Assembly: GCA_013239625.1 (NCBI GenBank)
Contig: MU054187.1
Coordinates: 17,228,711 to 17,292,710, forward strand
Origin: Lama guanicoe
Taxonomy: Eukaryota
Direction of reading: 5' to 3'
Length of the DNA stretch: 64,000 nucleotides
Under the pieces are notes generated by a model. The model did not search any database, was not told the origin of the DNA, and saw nothing but the letters and a program-made list of their open reading frames with translations. Shown here in pieces: positions 12,481 to 22,745 of this stretch (position 1 is the first letter of the stretch; the number at the start of each line of letters is the position of its first letter). The position numbers were made by a program, and so were the translations under genes.

Positions 12481-13299
12481 TTATTGTACCATTTCACTTG
12501 AAAAAAACACATTATTCTCCTTCATTAGAACATCAACAATGGAAGAGCAGTAATTTTCAGACTTTTTGTGTGTGTGTTGGAAATGTTCTCTCAAACAAAA
12601 CAGTATGAAGCTCACTTTAAAAAACAGATTAACTTGGCATCTAACTGAAGTGGAAACAGATGTAGGGCTACCTCGGGCACTTCTGGAGAATCACCTCCGG
12701 GCTCCACTGAACCATTTGAGATCCACTAACATAGAGATTGGATTTAGTAACCTATAAGAATCTCTTTCAATTCTGAAATTATTTTACATTATCATTAATA
12801 TATACAGAGTCTGACATGGTGATATGCAAGTTGCAGAAGCAGAAGCGTGGGCATCTGGAGTTCATGGTTGAGTGGTCATGTAATCCTGCTCTCTGTTCTT
12901 TTAGAATGATTGCTCTTATCAGTGCCCAGGGGTGATCAGGCCCCACAGAAGTGAAGACCATGCTTAAGATATCCATGGCTCTCAATTTATTAATTTTCAG
13001 TGAGGCATCATCGCCATGGAAACTGTAAAACTTGACGTTTATGTGATGAAATTTCTCTCCTATAAGAGAGATGAACAAGAAGCCAAATTATAATCTGACA
13101 ATTTATTACTCTAGTGAGTGTAGAATTAAAATAAAATAGGTATAAACATTCTAACAAAAAGTCCTTAGGGTTAGATTGCTTGAGACTCTCTTTCCTAATA
13201 CAGTGAAAATCTTTTCAAGGGAATGGATTTTTTGAAATCTGAGTCAGGCTCCCACTTGGTCAGTGCTAAGTGCATCCTCACCAATTTCTGCCTTTTATC

Positions 13300-13490
13300 T
13301 TCAAGATTATGTTATCTTTTTATAAAAGCACCAATCACATTGGGTTTAGGGACCAGCCTAATTCAGTATGACCTCATCTTAACTTGATCACATCTGCAAA
13401 TACACTGTTTCCAAATAAGATCACATTTAGAGGTTTCAAGTGAACATAAACTAACATGACCTTGAGGTGACACAATTCAAGCCAGTACGT
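13300..13490 (-). mobile_element. MLT1 (MaLR) LTR 5' fragment
   Basis: TATAAAAGCACCAATCACATTGGGTTTAGGG..TATGACCTCATCTTAACTTGATCACATCTGCAAA..TTTCCAAATAAGATCACATT..GACACAATTCAA is the antisense MLT1 5' end. Confidence 0.75.
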
Positions 13491-13614
13491 ATGCTCATTG
13501 CATTGTCTAACCAAGCTTTAATGCATGCATAATATCTTATTTTGCCTTCTTCTCAGGCAACTCTCCAGCCACCAATTTACAAGTCATTTGAGTGTGTACA
13601 TCTTCCATTTTTCA

Positions 13615-14590
13615 TTATGAATATGACCAATAGGTGGTGCATATCCAAAATATATAAACAGTTTATACAACTGAAAAAAAAAAATTAAAACATAGGCAGA
13701 AGAACCGAAAAGACATTTTTCCCAAAGAAAGCATACAGATGGCCAACAGGCACATGAAAAGATGCTCAACATTGCTAATAATTAGAGAAATGCAAATCTC
13801 ACCACAGTGAGATATCATCACATACCTGTCGGAATAAGTAACACCAAAAAGATCACAAATAATAAATGTTAGCAAGGATGTGGAGAAAAGGGAACCCTGG
13901 TACACTGTTGGTGGGAATGTAAATTGTACATCCACTATGAAAAATAGTATGAAGTATCTTCAAAAAATAAAAATAGAAGTATCATGTGATCTAGCAATTC
14001 CAGTCCTGGATATACATCCAAGAAAAAAACCCCTAAAAACACTGATTTGAAAAGATACCTGAACCCTAGTGTTTATAGCACAACTATTTACAATAGCCAA
14101 GACATGGAAGCAACCTAAGTGTTCATCGACAGATGAATGGAAAAAGAAGTTGTGGTATACATACACAATGGAAAATTACTCAACCATAAAAAAGAACAAA
14201 ATATTGCCAGTTACCACAACATGGATAGAGCTAGAGGATATTATTCATAGTGAAGTAAGCCAGAGAGAGAAAGATAAATATTGTATGTCATCACTTATAT
14301 GTGGAACCTAAAAATTATGAAATGAATAAATATAACAAAACAGAAACAGACTTGCAGATATAGAGAACAAATTACTGGTTACTAAGTAGAGAGAAAGAGG
14401 GGGAAAGGCAAGGCAATGGCAGGGGGTAGGGCTTTAATAGGTACAAAATAAATAAGCTGCAAGTTATGCTGTACAGCACAGGGAATAGGACAAATATTTT
14501 ATAATAACTTTAAATGGAGTATAATTTATAAAATAGTGAATCATTATGTTGTACACCTGAAACTAACAAACTAAATATTTTTTTCAGAAA
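13615..14590 (+). mobile_element. 5'-truncated LINE-1 (ORF2 end plus 3' UTR)
   Basis: ORF 14069-14311 (MFIAQLFTIAKTWKQPKCSSTDEWKKKLWYTYTMENYS) is L1 ORF2 C-terminal-type sequence; 3' UTR with GTACAGCACAGGGAATA and GTACACCTGAAACTAAC. Confidence 0.9.
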
Positions 14591-14789
14591 AAGTGAAGCA
14601 ATTTGAAAGTTGCAAAAAATGAAAAAGAAAAATGGACTCTTTTGGTGAACTACAAATTATCCAATTACTCAAGAAGCGTATACCTCACACGAGACTCCCA
14701 AAGGCAAAGGGAGCCTTGCCTACCATCTCTGCTCTTCTCACTTCCCTCTGCCAAACCTCACCAGATTCTAAATGAAAACAATCCAGAAC

Positions 14790-15010
14790 CACAGAGTGTG
14801 TGGCTTTGTGGCAAAGATTAATTTTTGTTGGAGGATTTGTACTTGAATCAGTGTTGCTAGACGGCTTGCTAGGCTATATTGGGCAAGTTTCCTGGCTTTT
14901 TGAAACTTCAGTTTTAGTAACTGTATGTCAGGCATAGTGAGAATACCATCTCAGAGGTTTATACTGAAAATAAAAAATTAAGCTTTGCATTTATAGCTTT
15001 CAGCACCCTC
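14790..15010 (+). mobile_element. MIR SINE (decayed)
   Basis: TTGGGCAAGTTTCCTGGCTTTTTGAAACTTCAGTTTTAGTAACTGTA..ATACCATCTCAGAGGTT matches the MIR core. Confidence 0.55.
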
Positions 15011-15464
15011 AAGAAAAGCTAGACATCACTTAAATTTTTTTTCAGAAATATTCTGATATATAAAATTCAAAAATTTCATGAGTAAAGATTAGAAAAAAAA
15101 GTAGTTCTACTTATGCTAAATTATGTAATGATTCTTGCAAAAATTCAAGCATAATCTAAGTACATGTAGCAGTCACAGCCCAAGTGGATCCAGAAAAATG
15201 AAGCATTTCTTTGATGACACCAAAGTTGTTTGTAGTAGATGACAGTAGTGTTGGTTGGTGGGAAGGATAATGATGAGGCATCCATGAAGAACGAAGTTTA
15301 CAATTTATCTGACCAACACTGAATCTCCAAATAAAGTCTTAAGAGATTTCAGTGAGACCCAACAAACGTGCCTGGAACTTGCTGCAGGAATATCTCATGT
15401 TGAGAGTTTAGCTCAGTTACTCCATGACGTTGCCTCAGAATTCATTTTCTTTGGCTAAGTGGAC

Positions 15465-15943
15465 TGTGGGGACCTTAACTGAATATTAGTCCCCTCATGC
15501 ATCTGCACATCTAGATAACAGCCTGCAGGCTTACAGGCAAGTGTCTAAGTTCCTAACAGGATTTTCCCAACAGCCTGTGCCATCAAATGTCTCCCCCACT
15601 TCCCAGGGTCTTGCCCTTGAACCCTCCTTAGATAAAATCCCCCATAGAGCTTACCAAATCCCTGCTCTTTTTGGTGTGAATTGACCGATCCATCCTTAGT
15701 CCAAGAACCAAAAAGGACTCCACCCATGGACACTAATAAAGGCATGTGCTCCACGCCAGGGGTCCTGCCTCTCTCTCTGCCTGCCCTCAACTCCCCATGT
15801 GACCCCTGGAGCCATGCCATGTACTTCCTCCAGGACTTCTTAGAAATAAACTTCTCTATTCCAGTTTCTCCTGTGGTCTGTCTTTGAGCTGTTGAACTGT
15901 GACTCATCACCATATGCTCCAATTAACAAACATTAACTTAGCA
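15465..15943 (+). mobile_element. solo LTR, probably ERV1 class
   Basis: TG...CA ends; TATA-like TAATAAAGG followed by a CT-rich R region; AATAAA near 15845; no clear TSD, so the 3' end is approximate. Confidence 0.65.
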
Positions 15944-16093
15944 AAGCCATGCACCTTAAAGAAATATGATACCAACTGCAGTTTGGCCCACTATGAAGGA
16001 GTGGGAAGAAACCTGAAGCAGAAGACCACACAGCATCAGAGACAGCTTGAAAAAATGGCAGATACAGGATTATAGATGAGAATTTGACAATTT

Positions 16094-16822
16094 TTTTTTT
16101 ATTGAAGTGTAGTCCATTAATAATGTTGGGTTAATTTCTGGTGCAAAGTGTAGTGATTCAGTTATACATATATATGTATGTGTATATATATATATATATT
16201 CCTTTATATATACATATATATGTATAACTGAATTTAATATATATATATCGCTTTCCATATTCTATTTCATTATGGGCTGTTACAAGGTATTGAATATAGT
16301 TCCCTGTGCTGTATAGTAGAACCTTGTTGTTTATCTATTTTATATATAGTACTTAGTGTCTGTAAATCCTGAACTCCCAATTTATCCCTCCCCATCCCCT
16401 TTCCCCCTTGGTAACCATAAGTTTGTTTTCTATGTCTGCCAGTCTGTCTCTGTTTTGTAAATAAGCTCATTTGTGTTTCTTTTTTTAGATTCCACATATA
16501 AGCGATATCATATGATATTTTTCTTTCTCTTCTGGCTTACTTCACTTAGAATGATGATCTCCAAGGTCCACCCATTTGCTGCAAATGGAATTCTTTTTCT
16601 TTTTTATGGCTGAGTAGTATTCCACTATATATATATATATATCTACCACAAATTTTTTATTCAGTCATTTGTTGATGGACATTTAGATTATTTCCACGTC
16701 TTGGCTATTGTAAACAGTGTGTCTATGAATATTGGGGTGCATGTATCTTTTTGAATTAGAGTTTCCTCTATATATAAACCTAGGAGTAGAACTACTGGAT
16801 CTTAGAATAGGTCTGTTTTCAG
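16094..16822 (-). mobile_element. young 5'-truncated LINE-1 3' end with 14-bp TSD
   Basis: Poly(T) plus antisense artiodactyl-type L1 3' UTR (GAATATAGTTCCCTGTGCTGTATAG); perfect TSD GAATTTGACAATTT at 16080-16093 and 16823-16836. Confidence 0.95.
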
Positions 16823-17539
16823 GAATTTGACAATTTAAAAAAGGTATTTCCTGATTATACATGAATCATTTGTCATTATGTAAATCTCAACACATTTCCT
16901 AAATGAAGTGTTCCCATTTTAAAGAAAAGATAGCTAAGAGGCGCAAGAGATCCTGACTTAAGTAAACACGTCACTTCTATATTTGAGACTGCGACTGCTT
17001 TTCCTCTAATTTCTCTTGGGTGTTATCTGTAATATTACAATATGAGCCATAAAGAAGGCTGAAATGAGGATGAGCCAAATAACTGCTAGCAAACAACTAA
17101 AGGAGACGGTAACAAGGGAAAAAGACAAAAATTCTTCAGAGATGACGCTATATAAGAAAACAAGTCTCAGGGCTTCTCAGAGAGCATGGTTTGATTTTTT
17201 AATGCTTTTGCCATAAAAAGATAACTTCCCCTAAGAAACTCTTCTTATCCTATTGATATTAAAGCAATATAATACTTAGTTTCAAATTATTCAGCTGGGT
17301 CCTGTACTCCCTCTATATCTTGAAAGGAATAAATACTTGCTTCCTTTGTGGAACAGAAATAAAAATATAGAATACAATTCAGTCCACAGGGTACCATCTT
17401 AAAGGGTTTGCAGCATCTGTTTTTTCCTTTAATCATGCAATGAAAACATTTCTCCACAGCTACAATTTGTGACATAGGTTATAATGATTTTTAACAAATA
17501 ATAGTCAAAGTTGCTCTTATGCCATTCAGAATAATATAA

Positions 17540-18579
17540 GCCTATCTTCAACTTACCCCAGTACTGCTAAAGTATGGGGGAGGGAAAGTGTCTTATAGCC
17601 CTTTGATTAGATCTCAGCCTTTTAGCCAGCCTGTATCCCTGGATGGTGACCATTACTGAGTGCTTCTCAACTATGTCCCCTCCCTGCTCCTATTTAGATG
17701 AAACAGGATGATTATAGGAAGCTAGAGTTGGGTATTTCCATCCCCCAAGTTAGGTTAGGCTCTGATAACATCCCGGCAAGTTGGGCTCTGGTTAAATAGC
17801 TTCTCCTGAGGGCAAGTCTCGTTAAGAATAGAATAAAGGGAATGGGGAGGGATAAATTGGGAGTTCAGGATTTGTAGATACACACTACTGTATATAAAAT
17901 AGATAAACAACAAGGTCCTGCTATATAGCACAGGGAACTATATTCAATACCTTGTGATAGCTTATACTGAAAAATAATTGGAAAAAGAATATATATATCT
18001 ATATATATAGATATATATATAACATTTTGTGCTGTACAACAGAAACTAATACATTGTAAGTTGACTATACTTTCATTAAAAATTTTAAAAAGAGCTAAAG
18101 ATACAAAGAGCAGAATGCGCATATGTACTTCAAAATTGTTCCTTTCACCCCCCCTTGTTCAGAAGCACGAGGAAAATTTTTGTCTGATATTTACTGTGAG
18201 AACCCAGTAGAATTTCTGGATATAAAATTCACAAAAAGCATGGGAGGCCCCGCAGTGACTGGGTCCCCTCTGGGGTTTTTAACTCTGAGTGATCCACACG
18301 GAGCCTTCAGCAATCAGGCAATTAGAGTTGAGGTCTTCCTACCCTGGAACCTGTTCCTGTGGAGGTTTCTGCTCATGGCTTTCTGCTCCAGTAAGTCGTG
18401 GTTTTCGGTGTCTGTCTTATCTGGTCTCCAGCTTTCAGGGCTGCAGTTCGCTGTGTGAATGAATTTCTCTGACGTTCTACGTAGAGTTGTTGATTTCTCA
18501 GCTTTATTCAGTTTTTTGCTTGTTGGGATAGAGGGGTGACTCCTAAGATCCTGACACACTAGACCAGAGAACTGAAGTC
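17540..18579 (-). mobile_element. L1MD/L1MC-type 5' UTR fragment, interrupted by a younger L1
   Basis: GAGTTGGGTATTTCC..GTTAGGCTCTGATAA..TTCTCCTGAGGGCA..GACTGGGTCCCC..AGAGTTGTTGATTT resembles the recalled L1MDa 5' end, antisense. Confidence 0.75.
17835..18105 (+). mobile_element. short young LINE-1 3' end nested in the older L1 5' UTR
   Basis: GGGGAGGGATAAATTGGGAGTT..ATAGATAAACAACAAGGTCC..AGCACAGGGAACTATATTCAA; TSD AAGAATAGAAT (17824-17834) / AAGAGCAGAAT (18106-18116). Confidence 0.9.
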
Positions 18580-18880
18580 AAGGCTAGAAGAATTCTGAGA
18601 GGCATAACAGAGAAGTTCTAAACCACCTCAACCAGACTGTTAGTAAAAATCTAGCCTTTAGGCCACTGAAGGTGAAGGCTCCAAGGGACATAAGGAAAAC
18701 GTTATTGAAAAGCAGAAAAAAAAATTGTTGTCAGTAATAGGAGAGTTTAGAAAAATTGCCTCCTGTGGTCATGTGGGAAACAGAACACATAAGAGATGAA
18801 CTTGGCTACAGAGAAAAGGAGAATTCCAAGCAAAGCGTTAAAGGTTCTCCCTGGTTTCTTCTTCTGGCTTCTAGGGATGC
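18580..18880 (+). mobile_element. MaLR (MLT1-type) internal fragment
   Basis: GGCTAGAAGAATTCTGAG..CAGACTGTTAGTAAAAAT..GATGAACTTGGCTAC..TTCCAAGCAAAGCGTTAAAGG..CTGGTTTCTTCTT resembles the recalled MLT1-int. Confidence 0.7.
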
Positions 18881-19948
18881 TTTTGTGGAGCCTGTGATAG
18901 GACCATATACCCTCAGAATATTGGAGCAAACCTCTAGACTTTCTGTAGACAACTTCTCTCACTTTAAAAAGAACTTTTGCCTTGAGACTGAGCCTTAGCA
19001 GAGACTGATTGCTCGGCCATAGACCATAATGTTACTGTGTAATCTGTTCATGAACTGCCCGTCATGAACTAGGCGTTGTCTGACCCACCCTGTCAAGAGA
19101 CTGGAAGTGCACAGCAGCACTCCACCATCAAATATAAGTGGTATGGGTGATATCAGACTCAGACAAACCCTAAATGCACAAGTTAAGTTGCATAGAAATA
19201 GCCATTAATGGCCCCTGCTCTTAATATATTGCCTTTTCTTTCTTTCAGTCAGTACCCATGGTCTCATGAGACATTCTCTATGACCAGTTTACTAAAGAAA
19301 TTAAAGCTTGCATCTGTTTAACTGATGGTGCTGGTACCACCTGAGGGTCGACAGTTGCTGTGGTTCATCCACACTCTGAGAGAGCTCCGAATAACAGTGA
19401 CAAAGGGAAATTATCAGAGTGGGCAGAACTTCAAACAGCTCTTTAGTTATTTTGTTTTGCTTGGAAAGAGAGATGGAGGGTGATAGGAATCTAATCAGTT
19501 CATAGGTTGTGGGCAGTGGTCTGGCTGGCTAATTAGGGACTCAGAAAGATCACGACTGGAAAATTGGCAAGGAGGTCTGGGGAGGAGGTCTGTGGGTAGA
19601 CCTCTCTGAATGAATACAGAGGGTCGGGGTATCTGTGTCCCAGGTGAATGCTCCCTAAAATATGTCCTTTTAGTAAAAAAAAAAAAATCTGATAATCTTG
19701 GGACAGGATGATGCAGTCTGTGGAGAGCAGTCAGACTCTATCTCGAGCCTTTCCTTTCATTGCCCAAAAGGGTCATAAAAAAGTGGCCATAGTGGCAGGA
19801 GTGGAGTTTAGGAATAAGCTCAGCCACATGGCCTCTCCCTCAGCAGGGCTGACCTGGCTGTAGTCACAGCTGGTGCGCAGCCTGCCAGCATCAGAGACCA
19901 GCCCTGAGTACCATTCCCCAGAATGATCAACCAACAAGTGGAGGTCAG

Positions 19949-20269
19949 GTTGATGCCACTGGACCACTTCCATCATGGACAGGATAGTACTTTGTTCTTA
20001 CTGAACTAGACGTTTACTCTGGACATGGAGCTGTATTTCCTGCCTGCAATGATTCTGCCAAAACCACCATCCGAGAATTAACAGAATGTCATATTCATTA
20101 TTATGGTGCTCCGTGAAGTATTGCTTATGACCAAGGAATCCACTTCACAGCAAATGAAGTGTGACAGTGGGCCTATGATCAGGGAATTTACTGATTTTAC
20201 CACGATCTCCGTAATTCTGAAGCAGCTAGGTTGATAGAAAGGTGGAACAGCCTTTTGAAGTCTCAGTTA
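19949..20269 (+). pseudogene. ERVL integrase catalytic core remnant (D-D35-E) with 4 in-frame stops
   Basis: Manual translation VDATGPLPSWTG*YFVLTELDVYSGHG...YYGAP*SIAYDQGIHFTANEV*QWAYDQGIY*FYHDLRNSEAARLIERWNSLLKSQL; 35 residues between the D of SIAYDQG and the E of IER. Confidence 0.9.
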
Positions 20270-20449
20270 TAGTGCCAGATATGTGCCAATAACTTACAGG
20301 GCTGAAGCAGTGATCTCAAAGATATGGTATATGCTCTAAATCTGTGTCTAACATACGATGCTGCTTCTCCCATAGTCAGGAATGAAAGCGTGGACATAGG
20401 CATGGCTTCTGTAAATATTGCTTCTTATGATCTACTGCAAAACATGTCT

Positions 20450-20700
20450 TTCCATGCCCGTGACGTTAGGCTCTGCTGGGCTAGAGGTCTTAGCTTCAAT
20501 GCGAGAAGTACTTCCACCAGGAGACATATTGATTCTATTAAACTGAGTCTGCCACGTGGTCACTTTGGTCTTCTTATGCCTCCAAATCAGCAGGCAAAGA
20601 AAGGAGTTACTGTACTGCCTGGGGTGATTGATCCTGACTCTGAAGGGGAAATTGAGTTGTGATTATACAAGGGGAGGAAAGAGGAGTGCATCTGGAATAC
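20450..20700 (+). pseudogene. ERVL dUTPase remnant
   Basis: ORF 20324-20662 ends KLSLPRGHFGLLMPPNQQAKKGVTVLPGVIDPDSEGEIEL, containing dUTPase motif 3 (GVIDPDxxGEI); lies 3' of integrase as in ERV-L. Confidence 0.85.
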
Positions 20701-21303
20701 AGGTGATATTCTGTCTCGTGACTAAAGTCGGTGGAAACTGAAGTCCAATTCAAGCAAGACTGTGGCCCATACCCTTCAAAAAATGAAGATGTGGCTCAAT
20801 CAACTCAACTAAGCAAAGAAACAAAGTCAGCTGGTGTACAAACTGAGACCAAAGGGAATACAGAAAGGGTAGTGGAAAAAGTAGTTGTAAATACCAGCTA
20901 TAATCACACACCCAGTTGCACTAACGAGGACTTATGAAATAGTTGTAATTATGTTTTTATTTGGATTTGATCTGCACATGTATCAGCCAATTATTTTTAT
21001 CTCTTCCATCGCTTTCCCTTAACCATCTAACACAAGGTATGTTGATAAAATAACGTATTTATTTTCCAGGATTTCAGTTATAGAATATCAGAGGGGGAGT
21101 GTGAATCAGCCACGAGGAGAGTGAGTGAACACTTATGATCGAGGACTTTGCATCCCTTCTGGAGATAAGTTTAGTGTGTTTTTGGTGCATGTGGGACAGT
21201 TTTGTTACGTTAAATGAGAGTATTACTTTTTTATTGTCTTCATTTGAAGATTCAGTATGGTTTAAAGATATGTGTGCATACACCAGACTGACAAAAGGTG
21301 GCT

Positions 21304-21865
21304 TCTAATGGCTTAGTGATGGGTCTAAATGGGTGGGCTGAACTGCATTTCTAAGAATTCCCTTTCTGGTAGGTTTTCAGCTAGGGTGGAAATATAAGAG
21401 TGTTTCTTTAGTGAGAATTGAAGAATGTGGGGAGAAAGCAGCCAATTATAGCATCCACGCACCTTCTCAAAGTTACCCTATCAAGTATTAGTCTACCTGT
21501 TGCTGTAACAGAATTTTGCAAATGTGATTACAGTTCCAAATGAGTTAATTTTGAATTAATGAAAAGGGAGCTTATCCTGGTTGGGTCTGAATAAATCTGG
21601 TGTGAGCTTTTTAAAGATGAAAAGGGCTCTGCCTGAAAATCAGGAACTCTAAACCACAGGTGGGACTGTAATTTCTCTCCCTTGGATTCCTTGGATCTTC
21701 CTGTCCTGACTGCTTACTTGTGGACTTGAGTTCCTTTAGCTTGCAGCCCTGTGATAAATACACACACACACACACACACACACATACACACAAACTTATG
21801 TATATATTCATAGACATATATCTCCTCCTGGTTTTGCTCCTCTCCTTAAACCCCTTATTGATATA
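21304..21865 (+). mobile_element. MLT2-type (E/F-like) 3' LTR of the ERVL
   Basis: Follows the PPT-like end; GCTGAACTGCATTTCTAAGAATTCCCTT, GAATTTTGCAAATGTGATTA, (CA)n, then TCCTGGTTTTGCTCCTCT..AACCCCTTATTGATATA terminus. Confidence 0.75.
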
Positions 21866-21869
21866 CTAT

Positions 21870-22296
21870 ATATTCACTTTTTAGGCTTCCTTGCAAGTGT
21901 TTCATATGGGCATGAAAAGAAAGATCATCCACCCAAGGCCTCTGCATCCGAGCAGTAATGCAAAGAAACAGATGCAGTGGAGCTTCTTCTCCGGCAAGGT
22001 CACTCACAGCACTCAATTTTAGCCCGTGCCAGAGAGCACGGATCCAGCATCCAATGCCCTTTCAGCTGATGATGTACGCTGAAGCTTCAGGGGTCTCGTA
22101 GGGACGACGGAGAGTCGTCAGTGGAATGGCACTGTGGTGTGAATGTATCTGCATAGTCTTCTTTGTTCCTGACCATTTTCTACCCCAGTACTTCAGTATT
22201 TCCAAGGCATCTATGAACTGCACCATATACATTTCTTTTCTAATTAAATAAGCCACTTGTTTCTGTTGCTTACAACTAAGAATGCTGACTGATATA
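21870..22296 (+). mobile_element. LTR33-like ERVL LTR
   Basis: Terminus ATTTCTTTTCTAATTAAATAAGCCAC..TTTCTGTTGCTTACAACTAAGAATGCTGACTGATATA matches the recalled LTR33 3' end. Confidence 0.6.
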
Positions 22297-22304
22297 TTTG
22301 CTAC

Positions 22305-22412
22305 CTAGACCCAGCTCCCCAAGATCAGGAACTGTTTATTCTACTTCTTTTCAGTTCCTTTCTAGTGCTACCTAAGAAATACTTCTTGTAGGCATCCGTG
22401 AATGTATGAATG
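22305..22412 (+). mobile_element. L2 3' tail fragment
   Basis: AGCTCCCCAAGATCAGGAACTGTTT..TAGGCATCCGTGAATGTATGAATG. Confidence 0.45.
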
Positions 22413-22536
22413 TGGTTCCTGCAGTTGTTGCCATATTTCCAAGCAATTTGGCTTAATTGTTTGCTGATCCTTTTTGTTTTACTGTTATTTGTTTGTTCTG
22501 CTCTGTTTATGCTGACCTTTTTTCTTTTTTTTTAAA

Positions 22537-22745
22537 GTAGAGTGATTAAATGTAAGGTCTCTAAAATCAGACTAAATGGATTTGAATACAGATTCTAAAT
22601 TTTACTAGCTTCGTGACATTTGGCACAGCACTAAAACTCCGGAGGGCTAAGGTTTTTCACACTGAAAATTGACATCATTGTGGTAGCTAACACAAAAGGC
22701 AGCCAGTTATTAAATTTTAATCAGATAATACAAATAAATGACTTA
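22537..22745 (+). mobile_element. MIR SINE
   Basis: GTAGAGTGATTAAA..TCAGACTAAATGGATTTGAAT..TTACTAGCTTCGTGACATTTGGCA follows the MIR 5' and core order. Confidence 0.65.

Larger units (their letters stand above)
18881..21303 (+). mobile_element. ERVL internal region (pol tether/RNase H, integrase, dUTPase, PPT region)
   Basis: RNase H-like TTAACTGATGG and GAGTGGGCAGAACTTC; integrase core and dUTPase motifs in ERVL order; terminal CCAGACTGACAAAAGGTGGCT before the LTR. Confidence 0.9.
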
